Source: Octopus sinensis (lineage: Eukaryota). Taken from it: a DNA stretch of 64,000 bases. Under the pieces are notes generated by a model. The model searched no databases and was not told the DNA's origin. It worked only from the letters and a program-made list of their open reading frames with translations. Made by a program: the position numbers and the translations under genes. Shown in pieces: positions 11,967-26,379 of this stretch. Position 1 is the stretch's first letter. The number at the start of each line of letters is the position of its first letter. Where the stretch lies: the NCBI RefSeq assembly GCF_006345805.1, contig NW_021829832.1, positions 620,001 through 684,000 of the forward strand, in the 5' to 3' direction.

Positions 11967-13740
11967 CAGTAAAACTTCTGGTGCTCGCCATTTTCGGGAC
12001 CGAAGAAAAAATGGCGAACAATAGAATTTGGCGAGCAACGGAAATAATCAATAAATTTTTTGAATTTGAAATTTTGAAAACATCTCGGTTTTCGATACTT
12101 TCTTTTCATAAGTGAGCCTTCCAAGTCATATTTGAGCAAAGAAACAAAGAGAATCGAAAGAAATTAAAAGGAAAAAATTAACTAAAAAAATCTTTAATAG
12201 TTTTTTTATTCAGCAATATTTCTAATAACGGTGTCGATTAGTTCCTACGAATTTATATCAAAATTTTCATTTTGATAAAAGAATGACTATTCTTTTCAAC
12301 ATTTTCAAAGCCTCTTCTAAATTCACATGAGATTCATCATTATGAGTATCTTCATATTTTTATGGGAAAGAATCTCCAGCAATATTAAGGTAATCTTCAA
12401 TTTCATCTATTCATGATTAATAAAATCATCTTTATCCACCGGGTCCAATATTTTCAAGATATTTACCATTTGATCATAATTATCAATTTCAACAGTTGGT
12501 CTTTCGAGTTGATTTTCACATTCGATCCATTTTGAATGTCCGAAAAAATTTGTACTTGTTTTGGTCGTTGCTTTTTTCCAGGCAAAATATTTAAAAAGAA
12601 GACCGTCTTTTAAGGTTAATTTTGTACGAGCTTCCAGTGGATTTTCTCCATTTTCAATTTTTTCTAACATAAACTCAAATTTAAGTTTATTAAAATGTCC
12701 TTTGAAGGATCTAATGATTCCTTGATCCATTGGTTGTAGAATTGTAGTCTTCGAAGGTAGGTAAAGAACTTCAATTGACTGTAAATCAGCGTAAATTTTA
12801 TGGGATGGGCATCGATCCACAACTAAAAGAATTTTTCGTTTTTTAGATGCCTATCCCATTTTAAAAGCCATTTGTTAAAAATTTCACTTGTCATCCATGC
12901 TTTTGGTGAATGACAGTAATAGACAAAATTTTCGACTTTAAAATTTTTAAAGCACCGAGGTTTCTAGAACTTTCCAATCATAAGTGGAATTTTTTTGTCT
13001 GTCCCAGTCATATTTGACCATAGCAACTAAGAAAATCTAAAAAATAAATAAAAATTAAACCGTTCTTTAAGGATTTTATGTCCATATCGAACCTTCTGAC
13101 AAACACTTTTTGAAGAGATAGATTTGTAAAAAAATCCCAGTTTCATCAGCGTTATAAATGTTTTCAGCATTATATTGTTGAATCTTTGCAGAGATCAAAG
13201 AAGTAAATGCATCAATTTCTTGTTTCTGATCAACTGCAGTAGATCCTGATTCTCCACGTAAAGTCCTCAATTTTAAGTTGTTCCGTATCTTGAACTTGCT
13301 TAGTCATCCATTGCTGGCTTTAAACTCTTTAATTCCATAAATATTAGCAATGTTCTTTGCTTTCAACAAAATTGAATTATCGTCCAGAAACCCCCTTCTA
13401 AGCTCAATGTATCCCATCCAAGCTAATAGTTCGGTGTCAATAACAGAATAAGTTAAGTTAGATAATCTCTTCTAATTGGAGAAAATAGGATCAGTAGACA
13501 TTATTTTCTCTTTTCCAAGTCTAAAATCGTTTACAGCCCTTTGAGATATTTTTTTCTTCAAAACAGAAGAAAAATGTAAGCTATACGGTCCATCGTGAAA
13601 CTTTTGTATTTTTAAAAATTAATGGCGAGATTCAGAAAATGGCGAGAAATAGAATATTTATCAAAATTTACTAGAAATTTTTAATTTTTTGGAAAATATG
13701 TGGCGAGTAACAGAGGTGGCGAGCACCAGAGGTTTTACTG
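11967..13740 (-). mobile_element. pogo/Tigger DNA transposon with both ends; transposase pseudogenised
   Basis: 24-bp TIRs CAGTAAAAC(T/C)TCTGGTGCTCGCCA (1 mismatch), TA on both sides, and DDE_1 motifs YNADETG, DRCPSH, LQPMDQGIIRSFK. Confidence 0.92.
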
Positions 13741-15289
13741 TATTATTAAAACACATTCCGTATAATTATAAACAAAGTTATCATCCCACACGCTTGACAA
13801 GCGACAACCTTCTGAACCATCCTAGTCCAGTCTCCTCTGTTATGGTCGAGAGCCCATCAATCTTTTTGACTAATCGTCTTATTTCAATTATTTACCCAAC
13901 AAAAACAGTTTTTAATTAATTTTCAATCTCATTTCGAGTAAGACCATAAATTTTTTTTCTGACAGCTGACAAATTATTCTATCTCGCCCAAACTGATTAG
14001 AATTATGTGCTTTTTAAACATAGGTAAACTTATATAACCTCAACCATTGTTTGCTTTAATTCTTCCTCTTCTATACAAAAAAATCCAAGTAAGCAGTTGT
14101 TTTTTTGAATAAATGAATTTCCGTCAGGGAATTTGAAATTTTTTGAGTGAATTCCTTATCTATGCTTTTCCGTGGCATATCTAATAATCCTGTATTTGCA
14201 CAATTATTCTAAACATATGCTTATTTTAAAATTTTCATTTCTAGAAATATCGAGAAACACTTTTACTAGACTAGATTTTTCATTTAAAAGTATATCAAAA
14301 ATACAGGACCAAGTAGCCTAGGTCTTTATTGAGCTTCAAAAATCAATATTGGTATCTCTATTTGAAACAAAGAATTTCTTCAAAAATTGTCATTAAATGA
14401 AACAAAGCGTCACGATGTCACAAAATTGATTTTCCTAAAAATTAGCAGAATTCGTTCAATGTATGGAAATGTCTTTAAATTTACATAAAATATCATTTCC
14501 TCAACTTTTTTTCAGCATGTTTTTCAAATCCTCAACTTTTCCACTTTTCCTTTCTAAAATAAGCAGAGCTGTCTCTACAAAGACTCAATTGTTTGATTCC
14601 AAATTCTAGCATGATTAGTCACTTTATCTTCAACTTTTAGATAGTTCCCCAAAAATATTTTTCTTAAACCGAAGCTGAAAATGTTTTAAACAAAACTTAA
14701 AAAGCCAAAATAAGAAAAATTGGATCACCAAAATCCATTGATTCAAAAAAACGTCGAAATGAGATAAAAATTGTTTTGTTCAAAAAATAAATTCTGAATT
14801 AATCGAAGAGAATTCTGACAATAGGATCAAGCATATTTTTGGACATTTTGGAGATTTATGAGCCTGATAATTGTTACAATGAGTTCGCTTTATTCAAAAA
14901 ATAGTTTCATTTTGTTATCAATTCAGAACAAAATTGGACATCTTTACAAAAAGTCAAAGATTAGACTTGTGACAAAGTCCAGACAATCGTCATTTAAAAA
15001 ACATTAAACACAAACTTTTAGCTACGGCCGCCACAAGTATTGCGATGAATGTTGGGGCAATAAATGAGCCACTGAACAGAGAGGGTAGTTACCACAAGAC
15101 ATCGAGTTCACTAACTATGTATCCCGGCCCATTAGTGTGGCAGAAGAAGGCGGACCGGAAGCAAAAGGAAAAAGTTTAAATAAAAATTATCTGGATAAAA
15201 TATTACTCCACTTTTTTGTCTCTATAACAAAAAATAATAGATTTAATAATATTTGAAAATTTAATTAAAAATAAATAAAAGTTAAGCAT

Positions 15290-15830
15290 GGTGGAACATC
15301 GTTCTTCCCTATATCAATTTGCAGAAGGGATAAAAGAAAGCCTACTAAACTCAATTTTCTGGATCAGACGTTTGCAACTAAACACCCCATAGACTCAGAA
15401 AACGTAGTCCTGGCCAATAACGGTGAACCCTACCACTACTACCATCAAAAAATAAAAAGAGTAAAGGAAATTGACGAATGTCTCATGGACGACTACGCCT
15501 GTGTGTTTGAAGCCAACAAGCAGTTTATTCGAGACAGGTACCTCTGGGCAAATGACTAGTCTGGTTGGTGGACAGAACTATATGCCAGATCATGAGAAGT
15601 CGATACAACGAGTGCAAATTCTTCTGGGGACCCGACAAGGACACAATGTGTGCCAAGTCTAAGCGGGAACTGGACGAGTCGGAGACTAATTATCACATCA
15701 AATGTAGGCACAGATATTTTAGTGGGATAGATGGGGATTTGGGCTATTCTGGCAATGTTGTTAAGGCTTTTATGAAACAGAAACACAGGCTTGTGTTTGA
15801 GAGGAGAGAAGCTAATAATTAATTTACTAA
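15290..15830 (+). mobile_element. Probable 3' remnant of a non-LTR retroelement
   Basis: Broken ORFs with a C-terminal Cys/His-like segment (MCAKSKR..ETNYHIKC) followed by an AT-rich tail; weak. Confidence 0.3.
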
Positions 15831-16224
15831 TTAATATTTTAGTAAATTATTTTATGTTTTTTTAATAAATTTCTTACTTATTGTTAAAGGGAATAAAGGA
15901 TATAATTAGTTCGACGTGGAGACCAGGGTTACCTAAGCCTGGTCAACGACAGTCCTTCTAGGCAGCATTTAAATCTGAGAGAGGCTCGAATATATTTCCA
16001 TAGCAGGGTCTTTACCTTAGGGGTGTCTCTTTCAGAGATTGGCTATATCCCTGGGAATGTGACTTTACCGTGTCTCCCATATTGTCAAAATAATGTGAAA
16101 TAAAGGAATTTAATAATAAAATAATTAAGATTTTTTAATATAAATTAAGTATTATTTAAACAATAGATCTAATTAAATTATAATTCTTATTTAACACAAA
16201 TATTTATTGTTTCCGTATTCTGTA

Positions 16225-19200
16225 ATGTCTTGTCTCTTCTCCTCTTGTCCTCGCCTAATCGACTACTTCATTGTGGTAGAACTAGAAGACCATTCAAGTC
16301 CCCTTTCATCCCAATCCTCTAGGCTCTGAGTTCGGAAATGGAAGGATCGTTCAACGTTTCCCTGTGGACGACTGGAAGGACATTGCCTTTGTGGATAACA
16401 TTGAACAAGTCTTTTATCACCAACATTTCCAGTTCTGTCTTCCTGGCGGGTGGCAGCAGTCCAGAGATCCTCAGCCACCCACTTTTTATGTGGCAATGCT
16501 GACCAATCAGAACGGGGCTCACAGCTTCTGTGCTTCGTTGGTTATAACAGAAGAGTCCTCAGAGGGACTTTTCTTCCCCAAAGCCTTCGTTCTGCTCTCC
16601 CAACATCCTCATGTGGAGACATTTCGAGTAGAATTGTCACCCGACTCTTAGAAATGCCTGACCCACATATTTCATGTTTATTCCAGTGATGTTTACCCCT
16701 CCAATGCCCTCGAAAAAATTGTGGGGAAATTACTCGGAAATGCCAATGTTCCGATTCCGGGTTAATTTTATGGGCAATAAATGATTAGGACAAGACCCGT
16801 TTTCACTGGCCCTCCCATTTGGAGACCACATCACCATAACTTCCTCCCGGTCTCCTCTCGTCCCCCTGTCCGGCTCTTATGTCTCCATTCTGTTCCGACA
16901 AATCGGTTTTGTTGTGCATTCAGTATAGGCGTGAGTAATATGCTCAGTCTGGTCTGTGCTTTGCTCACCGACAGGAAAGTAGTTCTTATTTCCAGCAGTT
17001 ATTCGATGCTTTTACACTGTTCCTTGGCCCTCAATGCACTCCTCTACCCATTTTCATACATGTTTGTGACCAAAATGACACTCAGATATGTTTTTATTCC
17101 GATTCTCCCTGTCCAGGCGGTGGAGGTCGTCCAAGCCCCTTCTCCCTTCCTGCTGGGAGTGCATCGCTCGTTCTCTCATTTCATCACTGACGCGGTTGGT
17201 CTTGTTTTCTCAGTTGTAGGAAGAAGTCATTATTTGTGACATCGATGCCTGCCACATTCGCATTCCTCCGACACAACCTATCGATTTCTACCCAGAACCA
17301 TTCTACTCACGTGCTCTAGACGGACTCCTGAGGGTATGTAGGCAGTCTAACTCAGATTTCTAAACCTGACTTGTTCATGTCCGACAACGCATTCCAGGAC
17401 GTCTTCACTCGTTCTACGTGGTGTGAGGTCTCCTTTCTGTCACATGTCCAGGACAAGGAGTTGAGGTCAGTCTTCATCCGAATCCACGCTGAGATACTTT
17501 TTGCCTACAGGGAGTTCTTATGTATTGTGAGGATGATCCCCTTCATTGTGGTCTCCCTTCAGAAGGCATTCTGTTGTGCCTTACAGTGCAGTACAAGTTC
17601 AAACTGATGCGGGGATACGTCGACAATGAGTTCATCAGTGTTTTCCTTGATTCCCCCATTTTCGACAAATTCCTGGTTTCCCGGGGAATTCCGTTCAGAA
17701 TAACCGACATTTTCGACGATGTTGAGTTGATTGCTCATTTACAGGCGTTTCTCAAACTCGGGCCTTCTTTCAACGGAATGCTGAGTGCAGACATGCCCAA
17801 AACGTGCATGGGAATTGCCCGGAAACTTCTTTTAAATGTGATCTTAGTCATTTATTTGTAGGAGTCCAAGACTGGCAGTCACGAGACTCCGCAAACCACA
17901 GTTACTAAAGACTCGAGCTACCACATTCCAGGAAAGTTTATTGTCAGCAAAAAACTGCTCGATGCTGATGCTGTGAACACAGAAATAAAGAAATCTCAGG
18001 AAATTGCTGCCAGTTTCGTAAAAGAGAAAATTGTGGTGTCAGCTGAATGTGAGTTGGGGCGAGTTGAGCACAGTCGAGTGTCTCTCCATTCGTTTGATGT
18101 GTCCATTGGGATTAGCAAACGTCGAATTCAAGTGACCAAAAGCTGTCTTCAGGCCATTTTTGACGGGAACATGTTTGAAGCGCAAAAGACGATTCCTGCA
18201 GTCCTGAAAATAGTTTACCTCAAAGCGACACGATTTTTTCTGTGTGAAGAAATAAAGACAAGAGTGACTGACGGAATGATATCCGTCACCAACGACCAGT
18301 TTACTGCATTGGCCTCCATATTCAAGTTTGTCCTCAAGGTAGTCTCCTTCACTCATCACAGTACTGTGCGTCACAAAACGACTATGACATTGCAGGAGAA
18401 CTGCTGCTCATCTCTCGACGTATTTACAGAGTTTGTCTGGGATTGTGGATTTAGACCATCGCCGAGTTTGGGTCGTCTCAGGACTTGGTGGTTTGTCTGC
18501 AGGAATATAGCACAATCTGGTACAACTTGGACTTTTGGATTGAACTGTTCTACACTCACGTTGAGAAGAATATTTGTGAATTGCACACTGCTTATTTGAC
18601 TGATTTGAACATGGCACAGTCATTGGGAGATGGGGCGATGGACATTGCTGATTATATGGTGACTGGTCGCCTCATTCTTAGCTGAGGAACCACTCCTTGT
18701 TGAGCGACCATCACGAGACGATGGGCTCCCAAGAAGAGGCGATGATCCTCTCCCAACTGAAGGATTTCGTGAACCTGATGGTGACCCTCCTCGTGCCCTT
18801 CACAAAGTTTTCTCCAGGGAAATTAAGTCAAGAAAAAATGAAGGAAATTCTGAGTGACCTGGGCAGGTTGTGTTCCCCGTTTGACTGTCAAGTAATGCCG
18901 TTGATGTGGCCATTGCTGCCAACAATCGATGGAATGAGTATTCACGTATTAAGAAGTGTGTGGTTGCCTTTGTCGAGTTTATTGGCAATTTGTACTACAT
19001 TCCAGCAGTGTACTCCACTCAGATCGTCTCATCCCTTCCTTGTAAGTCTCCCAACCCTCACATTAGCCCGAATCCAAATTTACATGGAGAGTTATGAACA
19101 ACTCTCTGAGGATTACAAGAGACTTGAACATGGAAATAAGGTTGAGGTGGTGATTTTAGTCCTCAGCATGATTATGAGGATATAAGTCTGCTGGAAGGTG

Positions 19201-22200
19201 AGAGTGTTGTGGCTGGTCCACTCAACGTCTTCCATTTCCTTCAATATTCACTCCAAAGTAGTCGATTGGAGGGATATCTGGTTCTTACTAACTATCGATT
19301 GGTCTTCAAGGGGTTTCCAAGTGACCCAGCTGGTGATTTCCACGTGTTATTTTAGTGTCACGACTGTGTACTGTCAAGAGTATCCCCCTCGGGTCGATCT
19401 ACTCGGAGAAGAAGGTCTCACGGAAACAGTCGAACAGCATTAACACGGAGGGCTGGCGAATAAGGGCCAGCAATTTCCAGGTCGAACGGGAATTCTGATT
19501 TGTAGACTTTGAAGATTTATTTCGGGTTTCAAGTCACTCCGGAACAAATCGACGGAATAAAGAAAAATATGAACTCTCTGTTGTACCACAACAACGGCAT
19601 GACACCATTCCCCTTCCTCTCTGCCGACAATCCTCAACTTGAAAAAAGTCTGGGATCACTCATTCCACCAAGAATCTCAACTTTGTACACCTCGATGCTC
19701 ATTTTAGACGACAATCAATCGGTGTGGGCAGTATTTATAGAAAGAGCAAGAATATGTTGAAAGTTGGACTGTCGGACTCAGCAAAAGAAATCCCCGAAAG
19801 TATTCACTCTGATAATGTCAGATGACTTGTTGAGTGTTATCTCCTTCGATGGAAGTCAAGTTATTTTGGAGGAGACGCGTCTTGGGAAGGAATATTTTCG
19901 ATTGGGATTCTCACCGCAAACCAACACTCGCCGACCACACATGGAAATAGTTTTATGCAATTGGAAGAATTGTCTCTCAAAGGCGTAAGGTTGTGTCCGT
20001 CACTGTAGATACCCCTTCCACGTCATTGCTCCTTCCAACGTCCTTCCAATCGTCCAATTGCTTGGCAAGTCCCACGTCAACGGACAGTTTCCCGTGAGTT
20101 GTCAGTCATTTAGATTCCCCATTGTGACCTGGAGTTTCAAATATCCGAAAAGATTTTGATGGTGAGTTCCCAATATTTAATACGTTCTCTGGTGGTGTCC
20201 ACCAAAAGTATGTTTTTTGAGGTCACAGTAGACATGGATGCTAACTCTGACCCACGGAGTTCTGCCTCCAGTAAGTATCTCGCCTCAATTCTGGACTGTA
20301 CATTGGCAGACAAGTCTGATATTGGGAATTCTACTCTATTCGATGGTGCCAAGTCCGACTCTGGTAGCACGTGGGGTGTCACTGATAGGGAGGTCAAGTC
20401 TTTTCTCTGGCCTGAGGCAGCCCAAGAATATTTTCAAGCCGTCAATGTGCTCAGTGTACATCTTAATACCTAAAGGTGGGCAAAAAGTAACATTTGCAAC
20501 TAATTCTCAGTCACTTAAACTCCTGTCCGAATCCAATTGCTATCTAATTCCAGTTGAAGTAATTTCACGTGGCATTCAGAAACAAAAATTGACAAAACTA
20601 CTAAAACTATGCACTCCTGTGGACATGAAAGACCACTCTTTGTTGATGACCAAAGTAGAAGAGATTGGATGGCTCACTTTGGTATGTTCTGGTGGTCTAC
20701 GTCCAGATTAAGTTGGTCATCAGCACTGCCAACTCGGTGGTCTATTTGATGGACAATTGTCAGTCTACAGTCATCCTGTCTCTTGAAAATAGTGGAGCCG
20801 ACTTTACTAGTCAGGTGTCCTCTCTGGCACAGATTTTGATGGATCCTCATTACAGGACTTTCGAAGGATTCCAAACATTGGTGGAGAAGGATTGGATGTC
20901 CATTGCACATCGATTCCCACGGATCATAAATTACCAGAACACTGACTTGGAGGCTGCCCTCTCCCCGATTTTCCTGGTCTTCCTCGATTGTGTCCATCAG
21001 GTCGATGATTGGTTGGTTCATTATAGGTTTTGGAGCAGTACCCTCTGTCTTTCCAGTACAACGACGTGTTCCTCCAATTTGTGGCATATCACCACGTTTC
21101 CAACAGATTCGGGAATTTTATAAACACCAACGACAAAGTACGTGGGGCGGACATTTGGGAGTTCATCAATTCTGTGAACGAGCACAGCCTTGTCTTTAGT
21201 AATTTGCACTACTCGCCTGCTTCTGTGGAGATATTGCACCCGTTTTGTGAGATCTACAACCTGAGTGTGTGGGAGTACTACACTGAAATGATATTCTCCT
21301 CCCTCCCCATCTACGAGTTTGTGATCAGATCGGACTCCCACAACGAGATGAGTGTGACTTTGCTCGAGTCGTATTCTCCCGGAGAGAGCGATGAGCCCAT
21401 TTCACTGTGGAATTCCTCTCACTATGACATGCTTCAGAACACATGTGCAGTCTATCATAAGGTCAGTATGGAAATTAGATTTGTAGATTTTTGAGGAGGG
21501 AAACACTTCTCTGAGTGAATCGCTCAAAAAGTGCACAATTGGGTTGGATACACTCAAAGTGGTCGAGAAGGGAGAGGTCACTTCGATCAGTCTTGCCTAT
21601 CACCAATTTCTATGCACGTGTTTTCTTGGGGGAGACACGGGAGGAGAATCAATCAGTGGATTGATTTCAAAAAACGTGTCTCATAACTTTATGCCATTTT
21701 CCTCACTGACTCCCATTCGTTGTGCCTACTGCCATCATTTTTCAATGAATCAAAATGGTTTGTTTATTGTTGTCTATTAAAAGTTCTTCGATGTGCCAAA
21801 TGTCACTGTTCTGTGCACTTTAAATGTGTTAATTTGCTGTCGTCGGCGTGTGGGACATCTAAGCGGACATCGATAGAACTGCCCGGGAATGATGGAAGCA
21901 CAATGAACTCGGCCATTCACTCCCAGGAAGTGCCAGGTATTCCCATTGGCATATCAAATTGAAATTCTGTATGACGAAAAGACAGACAGACGGGTGTCGA
22001 TTGCATTCTCGTCGTATTTGAACAAAAAGGGGTTTGCTAACCGTTGGCAAAGACGCTTTTTTTCGTATGACTCGGCCAATCATCATGTGGGTGGTTGAGG
22101 GTATTGAAAGTACTAGATGTTGTACTTTGTGGATGAAAGTGCCAGTTCGGCCAAAGGATGCATTGACCTGTCCTCGGTTGTGTCCATCAATTCGGGGAAT

Positions 22201-22341
22201 TCTGGTGATCTCTCCTTCGAGGTTTGTTTATAATGAGGAGGGGAGTAGTTGAAGGCACAGCACAGGACATATATATTCATGGCTGCCACCCCGGAGGACG
22301 CCAAACGGTGGGTTGACATTATAAGTGGATATATTCGATGA
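16225..22341 (+). CDS. SBF1: SBF (MTMR5/MTMR13-like): DENN, GRAM, myotubularin pseudophosphatase, C1 and PH domains
   Basis: Starts MSCLFSSCPRLIDYFIVV; contains FQHFCLP-like uDENN, LLTDRKVVLISSSYSMLLHCSLALNALLYPF, YVFIPILP..APSPFLLG, LSLENSGADFTSQVSSLAQILMDPHYRTFEGFQTLVEKDW, EQYPLSFQYN, a C1 finger CAYC..CAKCHCSVHFKC and PH end AATPEDAKRWVDII. Many micro-introns. Confidence 0.88.
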
Positions 22342-22688
22342 CCCTTTTATTTGTCGAAGGATTTATAAACTTCTTGGCTTGTATGTTTCCAATCATTTAG
22401 TCATTTCGGGTTTCACTCTGCTTAGTTACATTCTCATTCTGGCCAGTTTGCTTTTATCATTTGCCACTCCATATATTTGATTGATGCGAGTAATTTCATA
22501 AACATTTATAAGAGGCTCTTAAGGCTCATATCAAAGTCAGGCTTATAAAGTGTGATTTGTTAGTTGTTTTAGGTATAAATTGGAAAATTATTTTTTATTA
22601 ATAAAATTTTTTGTAAATATTTTATAATACTAATTAATAAAATTTATAGTTATTGTACGTTGTTGTTGCTGACAATTTTATTGTTAAA

Positions 22689-24234
22689 ATGGCTGCAGCT
22701 CTAACTATTCTTCGAAAGTTTAACATTGAACGACGGGAAATAAAAGAAGGAAAAGAAAAAATAACATTCGGGGATGTCTCATGGCCAAGACACCTAATGA
22801 CCAACTACATCGTGTGGGGGTACCTCTCAAAATACATTACCCAGGACAGGAAAAGACGGAATACCCAAAGACTACTACACCCTCGACTGTCTCCTATTCT
22901 TCCTCAAGTGCGTCCATCTGACCCACCCTCAGTACGTCCGAAAAGCAGCAGTATAACCCCACCAGCAAATCCCAGGCTGAGAATCTGATGGTCGTCCGAA
23001 GACCAGATCGAAAGGATTTGCTGGCCTTTCTCAGCGGAGAAATCGATGGAAGTCAATTGCCCAGTATTGACACCCGTCTCGACTTTGTGGAGGCTGTAGT
23101 ACCCCAAAAACGTGACTACGAGGAAAGATCTCAGGATTTAGAAAACAGTAATCTTTTGGTGTGATTCCCAGAAGATGACTTGTCGGGTCTTTCCCTCAGT
23201 TCAGAAAGGATTGCCTCAATCAAGGAAAAAATTCGTCGAAAAAAACACGAATTTGACGTGTTTGAGCGAGGAGTTGTGGGAGTTGATGTGATCAGAGACG
23301 CAGTTTACAGAGAAAGGATATGGACTAACAGAAACACGGTCCTCTCTTGCCACAAGCCACTGTGGGATGGAATAAGGACAGTCCTCCACTCTCTGAAGGA
23401 CCGTCGAATCAAGCAGATCCCCGAAAAGCCTCAAATCGCGGTGAGTCCCCACTTTTATGTCAGCGTCCTCCCCAGCATGGACGACTGGACTACAATCGGT
23501 ATGACCAAGAAAGATTTAATCTCCAAAATGGTTTTTTTGGTGTTTTGTGAGGTTTAGACACGGGGGGATTTCATATTGATACAACTGGGACTTTTTCCGG
23601 GACTTGTGAACAGACGGCGCCACTGACTCCCTCACGGAAGAGGACAAGGACCCCAATAATTGTGATCCCTGCCTGCATGTCTTGTCTGATAAACATGTAT
23701 AACGTGGAGGAATGTCTTATTAATCTTCGGTCTGTACTTTGTGTGAGAAATAGATATGTCCCCGCCGATACTCTCAAAAAAAGTGGTCTTGCGCGGAGTT
23801 CTGAGGTGTTGTTAATGAGGAAGCCAGTGGGAGGACAACAGAGTAGGAGATACAGAGTGGTGGACAGTGTTGTCAAGTTGGTGGATGAGGATTGGGATCA
23901 TTTGGTGGCTGTGTTTGTGCAGGGACCCACCTGGCAGTTCAAAGGATGGCCGTGGGATGGTAATCCGAGTGAAATATTTGCACATGGTAGTAAAGATGTG
24001 TTATTTGTTCTAGTCAAAGCCTTTCATTTGAAGTTTAAGGACTTGCCTGCTCATGACAATATCGGCAAGTGGTCTGTGTCGGTGTTGAACATTGACCAGG
24101 ACAGGAGACATGACGATAAGGCAGTTTTCACTCACTTTTGGAATGTTTTGGATGAGTTTGTGTTTTTTCTAAATGGTAGGTACATGGAATGTGAGCGACA
24201 TTATTATTCCCGCTCGGTTGTTCCTTCTTTGTGA
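22689..24234 (+). CDS. CDC73: Parafibromin / PAF1 complex subunit CDC73
   Basis: [29 protein letters not shown]; [17 protein letters not shown]; [26 protein letters not shown]. Confidence 0.92.
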
Positions 24235-24329
24235 AACTTTTACTTTATTCAATCTTGTTTAATTATTTATTTTTTAGTGCAACAGGGAGAGTGACCCTGG
24301 GCCTTCCTCGGAACGGTGTTTTGTTGTTA

Positions 24330-25620
24330 TTGTTAAAGTAATCATCCATTATCGTGTTTACTGGTGTGTTTACGTCCATCCTAAGTACGTGTCCAAACAG
24401 CCTCCATCATGATTCTATAATATCGATGCTTATTGGCACCGATTGTGTCATAGCGTATAATTTTCTGTTAGGAATCTTTTTTGGCCATTCTAGGCCCAGT
24501 AGATTGCAAAGTTGTTTTCTGTAAAACGTGTCCATTTTATGTAACTCTGCCTCTATGACACCCCAGGTACCCGAGTTGTACATGAGTACTCGTTTTATAT
24601 AAGCGTTTTACAGCTTTAGCTTGAGGTTTGTTTTTTGAAGTTTTTGATGATTCCATATCTTTTGCATTTTCTTATACATTGCAGAGGCTAAAACTTTTCG
24701 GTACATTATGTCCTCACTATCACCAAGTAATGATCCCAATTTCCTTTTTTTCTTCCAACTTTCATCAATAAATTTCGATTCCCTTGCGATTCTTACGTGT
24801 TCAGTCTTTTCTTGATTAACATGCAAACACCATCTTTCAAATTGTTCGGAATTTCCTCCAAAACAGATGCAAGTTCCTGATCATTTTCTGACACAAAGTC
24901 CATGTCGTCTGCATATATAATTTCTTCGCACTTTGTTCTGAGATCTCTCAGTGCTGCCTCCAGGTATACTATGAATAGAATCGGAGATAGAGAGTCCCCC
25001 TGAGGTGTTCCAATTGTTGTCCCGAAAGGATTTGATAACTCGTTTCCAACCCGTACAGTTAATTCGGTATTAGAAAGTAGGAAACGGACGAGCCTACTGC
25101 TATCTTCATTAAGAAAACTCCCAATAACGTCCAACAACGATTTCCTATTGACAGTGTCAAACGCACTGGACATGTCAACACCCAGAATTTTAGTCATTTT
25201 TGTATTGCTGACACATAGCACATATCCATGTATGAGACCAGACAGCGTCTGCATTCGAGCGACCTTTTTTGAATCCACTCTGTCCTGGCGACAGAAAATC
25301 GCAAACATCAGAAGATATCCAATTAAGAGTTATCAGAGATGGAATTTTTCTCACTGTCTTCAGTAGTATCACTGATCTTAGATTTTTTAGCTGACCCTTG
25401 CCTTTCCTGGTTTATGTAAAGAAATTAAAATTCCATCTCCAAAGTTCAAAGGTGAATGTGTCTCAAATACCATATTGAAAATGTTCGTAATGATGGCTGT
25501 CAATTTGCTTGGTGCATACTTGATCATTTCTCCATGTATTTTGTCAGGTCCAGGTGCCCTGTTGTTGCAAAATTTAATTAGTTTCTTAGAATTTTCAATT
25601 TTCATTTAAAATTTCTAAAA
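24330..25620 (-). mobile_element. 5'-truncated, decayed RTE-like LINE
   Basis: APGPDKIHGEMIKY, QSGFKKGRS, DMSSAFDTVNR, GTPQGDSLSPILF, YADD, KLGSLLG; frameshifted. Confidence 0.8.
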
Positions 25621-26379
25621 ATATCTTTTGAATATTCCTTTATTTCAGCTGAGTAAAAGGAAAAATAAAAAAAATATTAAGAAATATAAATTTTAAGAAA
25701 ATACTTTAAATTTTAATTTATGTTAATAAATAAACAAAGATACTACAGTCGAGCCCTGCCATTATAAAAATCCCGTTTGTTAAGTACATTTTTCATCAAT
25801 AATTTCCCAATTTGGAAATTATCAAAACCCCAGTATGAAGTATTTTTGAATAATATAATTTTTGAACACGTTATAATTTTCCAAAATTTCTATTGAAACA
25901 AAAATTAAATTACAAAGTGTCTACAAACTTCTGAAAGAGAAATTTCAAAAAAATCAAGATAAGCAAAGGCACAATTTTCAAATCAAAAAATTTTTCCTTT
26001 CATTAATCATTTCAAGATTAGTTCAAATAGAGGAAGTTAATCCAGTTTCTAATGAAGCATATCAATTTGAAAAATTTGAAGAATTATTTTTTTGATTTTT
26101 GTTGTTTGAGGGAAATTCCTTTTCTATTTTGGATACATTAATCAAAAGCATTGGGGAAAAACATCAAAAAAATTGAATTATCCCATATCTTTTGAAGCCT
26201 CGAACGGTTAGTTAGACAGGTATAAAATTCAATATAGAAAGAGTAACAGTTCTTCTTTTCTGTGATTCAGCCGGAAAAAAATCAAGACCCCTTATTATTG
26301 GAAAATCAACTCGTTGTATGAAAAGTTAACTTAATATATATTTTAACATAGATTTTGATCGTTGAGAAGATGCCGTCCA

